Source: Tubiluchus corallicola
Taxonomy: Eukaryota; Animalia; Priapulida
Reading direction: 5' to 3'
Assembly: GCA_030141605.1 (NCBI GenBank)
Contig: JAQGDQ010000265.1
Span: forward strand, 1 to 64,000
DNA length: 64,000 bases
Below are positions 32,622 to 46,206 of this stretch, piece by piece. The stretch's first letter is position 1. Every line of letters begins with the position of its first letter. The notes beneath the pieces were generated by a model, which worked only from the letters and a program-made list of their open reading frames with translations, was not told the origin of the DNA and ran no database searches. Made by a program: the position numbers and the translations under genes.

Positions 32622-32660
<39 letters not shown>
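32621..32660. repeat. (AT)n(ATGT)n microsatellite
   Basis: Direct. Confidence 0.85.
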
Positions 32661-32664
<4 letters not shown>

Positions 32665-34049
32665 GTTTTAAGTAGTTTCCATTGTAATTTTTATATTATT
32701 CTGTATAACTGAGTGTATAAATTCTTTATAATGTTATGTACTTTTAAAGGTATGAATTTTAAATAAATAATAAAACGCCACAGAAGCTTATACAGGCATA
32801 AAATATGGCACTGACAAAAATATACTGGGTTATGGTATTTTCTTTCGGTTTTCTGGGATGTTGGGGTTGTAAGCCACATGAATGAGTTGCCATTCCCCTA
32901 TTCGCGTCTACTAAGTCGCAGCCACGATCACGTCTATAGAAATCCCTGAGTACGCCTACGCCTTATAACTTAACACATCTCAACAGCCCAAGGCAGCTGG
33001 CACGAAGAATAACAAAGTGCTTCAAAGTCTCACAGCTATACAACCTTACAAGTGTCACTTAAACAAACAGAGAAAGGTAAAAGCTAAGAACACGATCAAT
33101 TTGCCTTTAGTTTAGAAGCATATCATAGCCATAGAATATAGAGTGTACCGTGCTCGTAAGGCATTGGCAAGCAAATTTCTATTGACACAGTGATGTATAT
33201 GTCTGCATTATGAAAAAGTAACGGATGTCTTTACTATTTTTCTTGCTTTTATACCTCACCTAATGCTCACACGTACGGCAACATCGGTACTTCATTGACA
33301 ATTTATTACTTAAAAGCGATGACAACTGTTTTACAAAAATAGCAAAATAATGAAAAGATACTGCTGTTGTGCATTACAAGAATAATACAGCACTTCACTT
33401 ACCACTGTTAAATACAAGTAATTGCTACTGTCCCGTAGTTGATTGAAATTTCCATTTCAAATTTGCAATTTGATGCAGCTTTCGCCGTCTCCAAATCTTA
33501 TATTTTAGTAACTAGTTCGCATTCACATTAAAAATATTAAAAGGCTGTACTGTTGCCATTTACTAAAATAAAAATTAGAAAAGTCTTACTGTGCCGTTCA
33601 TGTTTTGCATGTATGTGAACGAAACTCTACTTGATTTCAATGAGACTATCAATCATGCAGCTGCAGCAAACAAACGTGCTCGCATAGAACTTATTCGTGC
33701 AGCTAATTAATAGAACTTAAATTATGCACAACTTAGCGCCACCTTGGAGCCTTTCACTTACGTTCAGACAACGAGTTCCGCTATTTTAATTTTACAAAAC
33801 CCATTTACTTTATATTACTGTAACCTTCAGCATAAATTTCATGTAAACCTTATCAACACAAAATGAAAAGGTAAAATAACTAAAGCAAATATAATGAAAT
33901 AAAAAAAGAACAACGAAAGACCAAAGGGCGCCAGTCAGTTGCCCTTTTTATGGTGATGCATTTACACAACAAAACGAAACGTAAATTATTTTCATTATTA
34001 CAAGACACTAATAGTTAGGTATTATAAGATTCCAATTCCTACTCAGCTC

Positions 34050-34621
34050 CAGGGGCTGATTAACCATTAGGGTAATAAGGCTATAGCCTTTTGCCCTAAA
34101 TCTTGATAGGCCCTTGGTGTACGGAGACGGATGGTCAGTTAAAGCAAGATAATGTTATTTATAAAAAACAGGATAGCAAATTTATTAAAACTGAACTTGG
34201 TAAAGACAAGTACATGTGTATATTAAATTCAGCAGTTCAACACATTGAATAGAACGAGCGTCCAAAAAATGTTCCCCAAATTCACTTGCAATCCTTCATC
34301 CTGGTAGAGGCATTTGTAAAAGAGACCTGTTTCCCGGTTCTCCCTCTTTTTCCCTAGGATGCCGCTAGGACATTTTTCCTACATGATGTTCCTCGAATGA
34401 GCAAATTATGGCAATTTTCGAAAAAAATTTCGCCTGCCATTGTAATTTGTAAAAAAAACGTTTTATTGGCACGTGGTTGGGGTCTTGGAGAGAAATTTAT
34501 AGCTCTTTTCAAAGGAGAATCCGAGATACATGAACATGTGTGTTTCTTTTACATCGTGAGATTTGAGGCCCTTCATTTGTTGATAGCCTTAGGCCCGCAC
34601 GTGAGACTTAATCCAGCCCCA
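34050..34621. mobile_element. hAT-like non-autonomous element (MITE), ~570 bp
   Basis: Ends caggggctgattaa ... ttaatccagcccc(a) are imperfect TIRs; 8-bp flanks ctcagctc (34042-34049) and ctcagttc (34622-34629) match 7/8, consistent with a TSD. Confidence 0.7.
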
Positions 34622-36746
34622 CTCAGTTCGTTCATATTTCTGTTTAAAGAATTCAGTAAGCCATGTCTAATTAAACGATATTAGACGAATGACCAACAAG
34701 GAAGCCCCTGCACTGTGACCCGATGAGTCGTCCCAAATTTTATACGGTCACGGCATCATTCTACATCCTACAAACCATAATAAAACACCCAAAAGCCGGG
34801 CCTGCTTAATTTGATGGTTGTGGCTGAACCAGAATCTAGATGATTATCAAGGCTAGTTCTTCAAAACGAGCCTAAACTTGCCACATTCAAATGCATAACA
34901 TAAATGCTTGGCGTTGTTTAACTTTGGGATCAGTGAGCATGCTTCAGCGCCGTATATCATTAACTATAGTCTATTTTAGTCCGTTGAGACAAAATTATTT
35001 ATGAAATTACTGAGCACGTCTAAACCATTTTTATCTGGTTTTTAGCCTTTATTTGCTTAATTATTTAAATGAAATAATTGAAAAAAATAACGCCTTTGGT
35101 GTGCATATATTCAAGTCTGCTCAGCGAATCACTCCGATGACTGGACGAAAATACGACAACAAATAAAAATGACCTAGCTACATTTTGAAAAACTCAATTT
35201 AAATGCGCATGCACCAGTGGGATAAATCAGGCTGCCGGAATTTTAACAGACTAGATGGTTCGTCTACGAAGTGCCTCGCATTTTTATGCACGTGCTTCAT
35301 AATATTTTGAACTTCTCAAAATTTTAGCAAAATTGTAGAACACCAGCTTGTTTTTTTCAAATACCAAGCTTATAAAATAAACCATGACATGCTATTAACA
35401 GAAACACAACACATACTTCAATGGTTTATATCACTATTTTAATACTTTTCTTATGCGCTTTAATTTAGGCTTTTCTTAAACAATTATAGTGATTTCATGC
35501 AATGTCAAGAATCTCCAATACTTATACCAAGTACATTTATTACTTTTTGAAAGTGCTTTTCAAAGGTCATAGATGAAGATCACAAAGAATTTTTTACAGA
35601 CAAGAACACATAGAAGCCAGTGAACATAGCACATTTAATGCTGTAATAAATAGATTCATTAATAGATTATTATTTTGAATATTACAAATGTGTACCTGTT
35701 TGTTTTATGACATGCGTTTATTGTAATTTTGATCACAAATGAACACTACTACTACCATTAAAACGACAGTGGAGCTCCTACTTTATATACCATAAATACA
35801 GGAAACCTACAACTTCAACAACATTACAAATAGGAAAACTGTCCATATTGTTCAAACACGTGTGTCAACTTTTACTAGTAAATTACAGCAGGCATCATAC
35901 AAAAGTGTAGCTGTAATACGAGACTTCAAACATTATGCAACTTTATTTCTAAATAAAATTCTTTAAATCATGAAAAAAATTAGTTGACGCATAAAGCTTA
36001 ATACGAAGTGGTCTTTCAGACATCATCATAACAAAATGCCACCTCAGCAAAATTGACCGTTTCCCTTTAAATTACGGAAACTTCTAAGAAGTGACCACAT
36101 GCACCCCCTTAACCTTATTTACAATATTTACAGAAACCAAATTTAAGTTAGCAAATACTAACACTTCTAGTAAAAAAACTGATCATGAGTTATTCTGTAA
36201 ATTTCACCAATCAAAATTTAATGCTCTTATATAACACGGAGGCAAAAGTAGTAACAGAATAAATGAAAAATAAATTAAATAGCAACACTATCCCCCCAAT
36301 AACGGTTAGTTTAAGAAAAATCTATGACTGAAACAAGTTAACAGCATCGAAAGTAGTACTACAACTCTGCCAAAGTCTTATCACTGTTAATTTGAAATGG
36401 TACAGTTTCTTGTGCTAACTTTCTTAATATATCACACACATATACAAAAGCAATTATTTCAACTGATTAAATTAATTACACCTCACTTTATCCTTTAACA
36501 TAAATATTATACAAGTACAAGATCAAAACTTTGCAAATATTACAGAATATATGAAAAATTATAAGACAAAAATGATGCCTGTTTCCACTCAGAGAAAGTA
36601 AGCGAAAGATAAGCGTCAGCTGAATAACTCAAAAGAAGAATTAGATGGGACTCATGAAAGCATTTAAAAGCCGAAAAATGCTAAAGTTGCACAAAAATAA
36701 AGCTTATGACATCAGGTACTGCAGATAGAAGGGCGATGCACTGTCC

Positions 36747-37108
36747 TTACAAATCATGTTTCAATGCTTCTGGCATTCTCTTGCCCTTGTAAACTGTACG
36801 TGATAGATTCTGCAGCTTTGCAGAATGTAGATCATCCTCCATTAGCTTCTCTGGTGAAGCAGGCGGCGTCGGTTCAAACATGTACCCAACTGCCTTGCTG
36901 TACGAGTGTTCGGTGAGAATCTTTTCAGTCGGAGTGATGCGTGCCACGTTGTCATCATCATCTACCATCTCCACATCGATGATCTCATCCTTTACATTTT
37001 TGCTGAATAGAGGAGCTGTCTCCATGAAGTGCAGGTCGCCATCGTCGGCAACGTACGGATCGGAAAACTGAGGACTATTATTAGCCTGAAGCAAACTTCT
37101 GGAGCGCC
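36747..37108 (-). CDS. CREB3: CREB3-like exon 9 (luminal domain, stop)
   Basis: ttttgcag| GRSRSLLQ...EALKHDL*. Confidence 0.92.
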
Positions 37109-40100
37109 CTGCAAAACAGATACAAAATTGCAGATGATAGCGTAAAAGCTTTATACTAGAAGACACAAAAGACAACCAAATGAACAATAGTAAACATCAA
37201 ATAAAAATACATAAGAAAGCTAAACAAAATTGGCCTATGCTGTGAGCTTTCTTGAGCAAAGTACCTATGTACTTTCACTAATATCTTAACTCATGGTAGC
37301 TAATCAAGTTTCTATAGCTCGACTTTTAACTTCAATATGAAAGCCAGCAAATTTCACTTAGCAGTGTGCAGAAACTGATTGTAAAACACATACACATTTT
37401 AGAACATTTATAAAAAAGTACAGTAAGATATTATCAAGGCAGGAAGAAGGTAACGACCTACGAATAAGACATCTTTTTAAAAGCACCTCTTTGCTTACTA
37501 AAACAATTATGAAACCACTTTTAATCAAAACTCTTTATTACAACATTACACTTTTATCATAATTTAATAATTAATTTATTGAATATTTAATGCATTTAAG
37601 ACATACTCTCAACAGTGCTTGAAATTTCACTGAATGCACTTTTTCAATGTGAGTTTCATCTAAAGATAATTATTCAGCAATCTTTTTAAACTATGCTTTT
37701 CAGGTAAGATCTGTCCAATGTTCATCCAGCACAATCCCAATCACTTTGTATTTTCCAACTGGACAGCTTAATTTGTTTTTAAGTATTGGAACTTTATTAG
37801 AATAGGAATAATCTAAGTAAAAGTACTAACCTGACATGGTAAATGTTTCATCATCTACGTTTGCTTTCTTTAAACTTGTCTTGCTGTTAAATGGACTATA
37901 ATTTGGAATCAGCAGCAAAGCGAATGAAATTGCTAACACCTACAAAAGGTAACGAAATTCCAACTAAATAAAATTATTTGCAAAACTTATAAATTATACA
38001 AGTATTTACAGTATACCCCACATATTAACATATTACTACATGTTACTTATACTTATTTCTTACTTAAAATACTATTAATCTTACTAATAACGTGGAAAAC
38101 TGTAATTTTGGATATAAAATACACTCACTTAGGAACATAAATTACTTATATTCTACAAGTAGCAGTTAACTACACAGAGTGCCCAGATTTTTTTCAAGTT
38201 CACATTTATGATACTGTGCCAGGTAAACTACAATGTGTAAGATTCAGGCAGAACAAAATAGCTGTAATCTGACAGTCACTACTTTGGTCTCCAAGTTCAC
38301 TGGAAAACGAAAATTTATATATGCAATGTATGCAAAACAGAACCAATACCTTATCTTTGAGGTACGTGTGCTGTCCAAAACAAGCCGTATTACAAATTCC
38401 AAGACAAGAAATGCGGAAAATGTGTTAAAAAATTCTGAAATGTGCATAATGCAAAACATATTGTTGTTAAAACCTACCATGATACATGTACTACTTTGTG
38501 CAGACTTATTTGTAGTTTTTGTGACAAGAGCTTGCAATTTACGCAGCTGTGACACTAGAGAAAGGTTCTGCTTGGTCAGGTTTTCCACTTTTTTCTGAAG
38601 TGCAATGTTTTGATCTGTACATTGTTTTACTCTGAAATGTAAAACAACGATAATCTCAGATGAAGTCAGTAAAATAACAAGTGAACTAAGCTAAGCTAAA
38701 AATTAAGTTAAATTACAAGAAACTTAGAAAAATAGTAAAATGTCAGTAAGTTGACACTACATACTAAAGGTTAGTAAGTTGACCTACATTGATAAAATGC
38801 AAACAAACTAAGGTCCTCATGATTAATGTAACAGCTGGCAAAAGTCTCACGACCTCTATTACCATAGCAAAGTTTACAGATACGTACGGATCACTGGCGT
38901 ACATTTGATTGTGATATGATTAATTTTGTTGTTGATAAGTAAACTATCATTAATTAACGAGCAAGAAAAGAGTTCTTTAACATAAAGTTTCAGAAAAATT
39001 GGCTTACACATTTGTATTACTTAGTAGCAGTCTTAATAGCAAATGGTAATGGTATGCACAGTGTGTCCCATACTTTTATGAGTAACTTTTATTGATTTTT
39101 TTATATTCGTTGGCCCTTTAGTTATTCAGTATTGGTTCATTGATACATATTCTTGTAGAAAATAGTGATAGCTCCCCAGTCCGTGATTAGCGCTGCAAAA
39201 ATGGGGTCTACTTTGAAACGTCAAAAGTGGGCCCGTTTTCGAAGCGCTAATCACGGACTGGGGAGCTATCACTATTTTCTACAAGAATATGCATCAATGA
39301 ACCAATACTGAATAACAGACACACCTTAAAAAAATTTGTGCTTTAACTGAGGGAATAATGCTGAGTCTTGAAAAATGTGAACAACTATTGTTTAGTGTGC
39401 TTGCACTTTGTAAAGAAGCCTGCAAACTGCAAAACATGCCATATATATGCATATAAAGTTCTAATTTCATAAAATGTAAACACTAGTCCACTACGATAAT
39501 TTATTTCCAGGGTTTTTTCCAGTAGAGACAACCTTCTGCTGTGTCTGATGACATGTTGTTGTGTTAAGCTCATTTGAATTTACTTTAAAAATATTTTATA
39601 GAAGATGGTTAGTATAAAACAGAAATGGGCGAGGGGGAAGGAGAGGGGTCATTTTTAGTGCTTTATTATGTCAGACTTTTAGTCGGCAGATACCCGACAA
39701 ATATTGTTTAAATAACTAAAGATGTGTACAGTAACAGACCGCTACACACAGTGTACAACAAATTAAGGCCGATTATACATTAACATTATACATGTATGGG
39801 TGCGAGGCATCATACATTGTTAGTCTCTGACAGTTCCGTAGGAAGATTTAAAATGCAAATAAATGGAAATTCCTCATAACGCAGCATCATATTTGCAAAA
39901 AATCGCCAATTGTCAATTTTTTAAAATTTACTTTAACACACTTTTCTTGTCCTTTAAGTTTAGTTAACTTTAATAAATTACCATACGAAAACCATAATGC
40001 ATGTGTTTGGTTAAACAAAAGGCAAGATGGGGCAAGTTACCATTGAGGCATAATGATCTGAATATTTCCTATAATCAACTGAAACTTTTTTAAGGTTTAA

Positions 40101-43100
40101 CTATACACATAATATTGGGTTTGAAAGCACTTTATACGAATAAAACATTTTGATAAATGTTAACCTAACGTATCTAACAACTATTTCTCAATTTCAAATT
40201 ATTAACATCATTTTATTTCAAATATATTTTACATAAGTAATTCATCAAAAAGTGTTATCAGTCAAGATTATTTACAAGATTAGTAATAAAACAACATAAT
40301 GATAAGTAAAAAAGATTAATGGGTATAGTATTTCTGATAAAATCTATAAGCAGTATATTTTTGCAAACTAACATGTAACAATATAATCTAGAATTGATTG
40401 CAGCTGTGCTGTGTTAAAAAAACTAAAATCGTTACATCCTAAGCATTCGATGCAGTCTCTAGCCATGTTAGCAATTACCTGTTGGTTTCCTATCAAGGCC
40501 TTTTTCTTCACTGATCTTGCCAAAATATTATATCCATTTTCAAACTGATAATTACTGCAGTTCAATGTGCAACATATATGTCGTAAATTAAAAGCTATTG
40601 CTGATTTAACAATAAACAAAGGTTGGTGTGCCATAAACTTAATAATAGTGTTACTACTTTGTTTACAATTAACGCAGTATTTATTAAAATGCTTGACAAA
40701 CTGTTGACTTGAAAATACAATATTTACAATATAAAGTAATATATAAATAAATTCGAAACACCCTATCATCTAGTAAGACTACAATCAACTTAATTTGCAG
40801 TTTCAAAATTATGAGGTGCTTTTTAAAATAAATGAATACTTTGCCATTACCTTTCTTCAAGGCTATCCAAGTACACCTTTTTTCGTTTTCTCGAGTCTTG
40901 TGCAGACTTCTTATTCCTAATTTTGCGCCTGACTCTTTTTAAGATACGTTCCTCTGCCTAAAGATAAACATTTGGTTAGCTTTAGTAGACAAACTTTAAA
41001 ACTTTAAAAGGGAAGAAAATGCAATTTTACAGAATGTCCCAAAAAACTTTCCATAAGAAGAAAATCCTTAGTAATATAAAATGTTTATGCTAACTGGTAA
41101 AACGTCACTGACTCGCCTTCCCAGTGTGCACCACTGATTCACCAAAAATACATTATTAATTTTACTGACAACATAAAGTAACATATACTTTTGCTTAGTT
41201 AATGAATGAGTGTGCTATGAATGCTCTGAATAATTTTTTAAGCATTACGAAACGCTATCATAACTCGGTTCCAAATGACGTGTCGTCAAAATGGCTGCGC
41301 CTAACGGCCATCGCAAGAGTTTAAATTTACAAGTTTCATAGAGTGTTACTGCTAAATACATGCCATGTGGTCAATAAGACAATAACTAGGCGGCACAAAA
41401 TTTCAAAGTTTTTACTTTTAATACCTTTATTTAAAATGTTATTCAAAATTCATAATATATGTATTACCTTTGTTAAAGCCATATTTTCAGGTAATGTGGC
41501 TCCCTCTAAAGCTAGTAATTTCTTTTCTTCCGCTGTTAATTTAACTCCTTCACACTAGAAAATGCACATGCATAAATGAAACAATCACAATTATGCACTA
41601 TTGATGTATATCAATTACTTTAGCAAAAACGAATTAACAAAAGAAGGCGTACTTTTTGTACTATCAGGATTTAAGATTAATCTTACAGACACCGATGTAC
41701 TTTGCTTGGGACATGCTAGCCCTACATGTGAAGTAGTAGAACAAACTTACTTTGTAACTGCGTCGAGCAGACTGAGCAGGAGGGGTAACCAATATAGATG
41801 TATCTGCACTAGATAAGGGTAATGACTGAATTTCCAGCTCTTGATTTAGTTGTTGTTCACTGCATATTTCTTCTGCAATGTAAAATGTAATCATAAATCA
41901 TGGCAGCCTGTCACTTATATATAGCTCCTTAAATTTTCTTGCAAAAACATGCAAAATTTGACAAAATGCTTTAACGAAACTACTATTTTACAGATGTATG
42001 TACCTTGTTCATCATTTAATACTTCATTTAAGACATCCCAATTCTAAAAAAAGGCTACCTTGAGACGGGCTTAGCATTAACAGGACAATCCCCCTACCCC
42101 TTAAAAAGACTTTCTAGCATGTAAAAATATTTTTTATTTTTATCCCTTGATGTACGAAGAAAGTTCAAATACAGAAAGTTTACAAAGACCATACCCCAAT
42201 GCATATCATATTTTAGGTAGTATTGCCAAAGGTCACTGAACTGCAGAACATTTGTGTCTCCTATCGATTCAAGAACCAACCATGTCAGCCCTAACCTCAA
42301 CTGCTAATCTACGGTAAATGAAAAGTTTGCAAAATTTATAGCACTAATTTTCACAAACCAGAATTTTTTAAGCAAAATTCTATTATTGCTCTGTTTTTAG
42401 CTGTTTCAGCTGGTTAACTCACCACTTAAAATTTCATCGGAGGTAGCATCAATGTCAGACATGTCAACCAACGTGTGAGAAATGTCATCTGTGATGCTGC
42501 TGGCCATGTCTTCAACAGGAATGTCATCCAGGAAACAGGGATTCAGGACATCCAAATCAAGTGCATCTAATTGCATTCCTGACAATGGATTCATTGCATC
42601 TCCAGAATGATCGCTTTCTGAATTTGACCTGAAAAGCATAATACATGTATATGTACTAGGTCTGTCATTACGCTACAATCAGTAAAACAGAAGAAGTGTA
42701 TTGACCCACTTTGCCAGCAACTAGTTATTTATTTGGAATTGTAATTTAGCTCAACCACCGACCTGTTACGTGTGGTTAGCGTTAACGGCATCTAGTTTTA
42801 AGTGTGACTGAAATAGTAAACGTTTAAGCTACTTTCAAAAATCCTTTAACACAGTATACCCAGTTTATGCAAATTTTAAGTTCTTTTATGGTTTTGATAA
42901 CCAAAAGTTTACAAATAATCTATGCACAAAAGTAGTATATTAGGCAAAACTGTACTATGTCTTTCAATTCTTTTAAAATAACCAAACATTTAAACTGTTG
43001 CAGGTGACTGACATTTGCTAAATTAAAAACAAATCTTTATTAATACTCGAAAGCATAAAAATTTGTAATAAAATCTACCCCAAGTTCATAGGAAAATAAT

Positions 43101-45386
43101 TACAGTGCGACATAATGCTTTAACCAGGCAACCATTCTTTACATTAATTCAGTTAATTAAAAAGTTTCTGCATGCAGTCAAAAAATTTACTGCACAAATG
43201 GTTTCAGATCATTAAATAAACTTCGAAGAATATATGAAATGTGGCATAAACTACCTACAGAAATTTGATATGCAACTATACATACATGTGTATTATGGAC
43301 ATATTTAACAGCTAATCATTTATTTACATAAACCTATATAAGCCTTCCTCAGTACAAACTCAAAACTTCAGGAACTTTTAAATAGATTCAAAAAACATTA
43401 ATAACCTTTTAAGAATAATAACATAATTTAACGACAATCCACTAAAACAAATGAATGTGAACAATGACCTACCTATATAATTACTAGTGACTTATAGCTT
43501 ATGGGTCTAGAATTATGAACTGCAACAATAACCAGACACCTAGAACTGTCACACATTGACCTAGTTCAATGAAAGCATAACAGCTTAACCAACATCGGAG
43601 CTCTTAGTGCTAACATTAATTTAACGGGCAACATTTACTTAGTGAAACAGTATAAAATTTGTTTTGACAAACATCATAATCACGTAAGAATACATAACTA
43701 GTGCATGCGAGAAACATCATGAGAAAAGCTAAAAAAGTAATTTTGTTTACAAAAAAACTATGCGATTAATAACAAGTCACAGATTGCTGATGTAAACACC
43801 GTTTTTCCTACTAAAAAATTTGCTAACAATGTAAAAAATATTCTGTGGCAGGAATATAATGTAAAAAAACCTTATCACAAAAAATATCATATACAGGCAG
43901 TCGTCGACTTACGACCACAATCGGTTCCTGCGAATTGGTCGCAAGACGACATGGAGGCAAGTCGGACTTGTATGTTCAAATAGTGCGCCCCCGACACGCA
44001 AGACATGCATATGCACATTAAGTATGGCGGCGTCTACGGATGAATCTGTCGCAACACTTACCGAACTAAAATTTTCTAGCTCAAAAAGAAAGAAATACGA
44101 GTTATTATTCAGACTCAGATTCATTTTATTTTCCCTTTTGTACATATCACACTTATAGTTATTACTAAATTAAAAAAATACAATTCAAGGGAAGGGTGGC
44201 GAAAAACTAACTAGTTGTTTAAATCAGCCACCCTTATTAAATTAGTAAAATTTGTTAAGTTAGCAAATGAGTATATAATTTTACATTATATATGTAGTGA
44301 ATCTAATGCAAATTATCAAATCAAAAATATACATAAATGTAAAGTAAAACAAAAGTAAAAAGAAATTATAAATTTCTAAGAAGAGATTGCTACCATGCTC
44401 CATCTAACATGCAACATGCTGTTATTAGTTTTGTGTAAGTAAGTAATTAAGTTGTGATCGGGGGTCGTAAAGTTGAACAGTCGTAGACAACTACGTATAC
44501 ACCCTAACTTTTCATTTGCTTTTATACAGTGCTCCCGTAACATTGGGAAACATGTCAGACATTGGGAAAAATAGTCTTATAAAATAAATGTACCAAATAA
44601 ATTTTAATTCTAAATCAGATTCAAGAAGCCTATAGTATTTGAGTCGCCACTGTTGTGCCATACTGACCAGCATGACTTTTTAACAGACTTGAATTTATTT
44701 AGAAACTGTTTTATCAGTCACTTCAGAAGTATCAATATTTAGTAAACTTGCATCTAAGGTCTCGAATTAATTACCAATTGCGTGTGATAATTTTTTTGTA
44801 GAAAAAATGATTCAGAGCATTCAATGTTTAGCCAAGACTTGTATTTATGAAAAAAGAAAGCAAATATTGATATCAGCATTTGGTAAACATTAAACATACG
44901 CCACGCACCTAGCAGGACTAGAAGAAGAGATTCCACTATCACTGTTGCCAGGGGAACAGAGTGGCTGCTGTTCTGCTGAGTTCAGGTTGTCCAGGCCATT
45001 AAGTTCATCACTGGCCGTCACTTGCAAAAGTCTTGTCAAAAAATCATCTGTAAAATTTTCCTAAAAAGCAAGCAAAACAATGCTCAGTTTTTATCATTAT
45101 CACAATTATATTAATAATATTATTATAATTATGGTTCGAATCAATTTAATTTTATCTAAAGTTATGCACGTTAAAACATTAACATTAAAATTCAGATCAA
45201 CCACCTTGGCAGATATGTGCAAAAGCTCACCTTTCCACTTGACAGATGTGCGTAAATATCGTCCAAACTCTTTGAACCTTCAGTATCATCAATTAGCATT
45301 TGTGAATTACTGTCAATCCCCAAGATTCCATCTTGTTTGTCAAACAACAAGTCTAAAACACCGTTTGGGTCTAACAACGTTTCCAT
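36747..45386 (-). CDS. CREB3: CREB3-subfamily ER-membrane bZIP transcription factor (CREB3/CREB3L3/CREB3L4-like), 9 coding exons, 484 aa
   Basis: Exons 45386-45231, 45060-44909, 42628-42423, 41872-41751, 41554-41468, 40957-40851, 38631-38478, 37939-37831, 37108-36747; all GT-AG, phase-compatible, 1455 nt. Motifs: [12 protein letters not shown] (CREB-H-like N-terminus), SDSGIS, ATB ([27 protein letters not shown]), bZIP ([22 protein letters not shown]), TM helix, RSLL site-1 protease motif. Confidence 0.95.
37831..37939 (-). CDS. CREB3: CREB3-like exon 8 (transmembrane helix)
   Basis: ttttgtag| [20 protein letters not shown]...FTMS G|gttagt. Confidence 0.93.
38478..38631 (-). CDS. CREB3: CREB3-like exon 7 (leucine zipper)
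   Basis: atttcag| [36 protein letters not shown]...AQSSTCIM |gtaggt. Confidence 0.95.
39121..39316. repeat. 196-bp near-perfect palindrome (foldback/MITE-like) in CREB3-like intron 6
   Basis: 74-bp arms gttattcagtattgg...gattagcgct and agcgctaatc...ccaatactgaataac differ by 1 mismatch; the 48-bp centre is also partly self-complementary. Confidence 0.93.
40851..40957 (-). CDS. CREB3: CREB3-like exon 6 (basic region)
   Basis: ctttag| [37 protein letters not shown]|gtaatg. Confidence 0.95.
41468..41554 (-). CDS. CREB3: CREB3-like exon 5 (ATB region)
   Basis: ttctag| [29 protein letters not shown] |gtaata. Confidence 0.93.
41751..41872 (-). CDS. CREB3: CREB3-like exon 4
   Basis: cattgcag| EEICSEQQ...ARRSYK |gtaagt. 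Confidence 0.85.
42423..42628 (-). CDS. CREB3: CREB3-like exon 3
   Basis: cttttcag| acidic [10 protein letters not shown]...DEILS G|gtgagt. Confidence 0.85.
44909..45060 (-). CDS. CREB3: CREB3-like exon 2
   Basis: tttttag| [12 protein letters not shown]...[17 protein letters not shown]|gtgcgt. Confidence 0.9.
45231..45386 (-). CDS. CREB3: CREB3-like exon 1
   Basis: [23 protein letters not shown]...SSGK; donor AAG|gtgagc. Confidence 0.9.
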
Positions 45387-45695
45387 TTCAAATGTACAAT
45401 GTGCTGACTTAAAACAGTTGAATCTCTAAAGCCAAATTACATTACATTAGCCTGATTAACCACGCAGGCCCAAGTACCATACTGTTATAACAGTACACAG
45501 ATTTCTGCTCAGTAATTATATCATTCAATGAAACAACCGCTCTGATAATCGGTCAGACATAGAGTAAAAAATCTAACACTGCAAGAGAAAATACATCACT
45601 TAGGTTGTTAAAACTGAGCTGTTTCATTACAAACGACAACACAAGCAGAAAACAAACTGATGAAACATCTGCTACTAAGTGCCAGCGAGACAAAA

Positions 45696-45724
45696 ATGAC
45701 GTCATCAAATAAGTAAACCGGAAG
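45696..45724. promoter_or_regulatory. CRE palindrome (ATGACGTCAT) plus ETS-like CCGGAAG upstream of the CREB3-like gene
   Basis: TGACGTCA at 45697-45704 and CCGGAAG at 45718-45724, ~310 bp 5' of the ATG. Confidence 0.55.
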
Positions 45725-46206
45725 CAAACTTATCAAATTATTTGAAAATATTTTGTTTCATTCTGCCCAGTAGGTATGAAAAAATATTTGCGAGTCAGCA
45801 GTAAGCATGGAAATAATTTCAGTGATATTTAACAGGTTAGAAGAAAAATTATCATATGACGGCACTGCTATAGTCAATTTCGTATTTTTATTGCTGCTAG
45901 AATCAAACATGTCAGCTCTCTTGACATGCAGGCAGTGCCAGGCACTGATATTTTATCGGCAATAATATATAATATATATAGATATAAGGTTTGTGACTAT
46001 GTCTGACATAAATGACTTCTTCAAATAGCATAGGTACCACTGTATTGTACACTGGTGTTCTTCTTTTCAAAGTTCGCTGACTGCAAGTTATTATTGAAGG
46101 ACAGTCTTCCGTGAAATTAATCCTGGTGTTTTCAACGGTTCTCCTGGTACTTCACCACAATGTCCTATTAGGCAAAAGTTCTGTTTTTTAAGGTCACACA
46201 CGCTAA

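Noticed and set aside
32358-44570. Scattered single transposon-like ends (ttaaaggtgg ~32358, cagtgtgtccc ~39059, tacagaatgtccc ~41028, tacagtgctccc ~44525)
   Set aside because: No matching opposite end or TSD was found by eye, so element boundaries cannot be supported.
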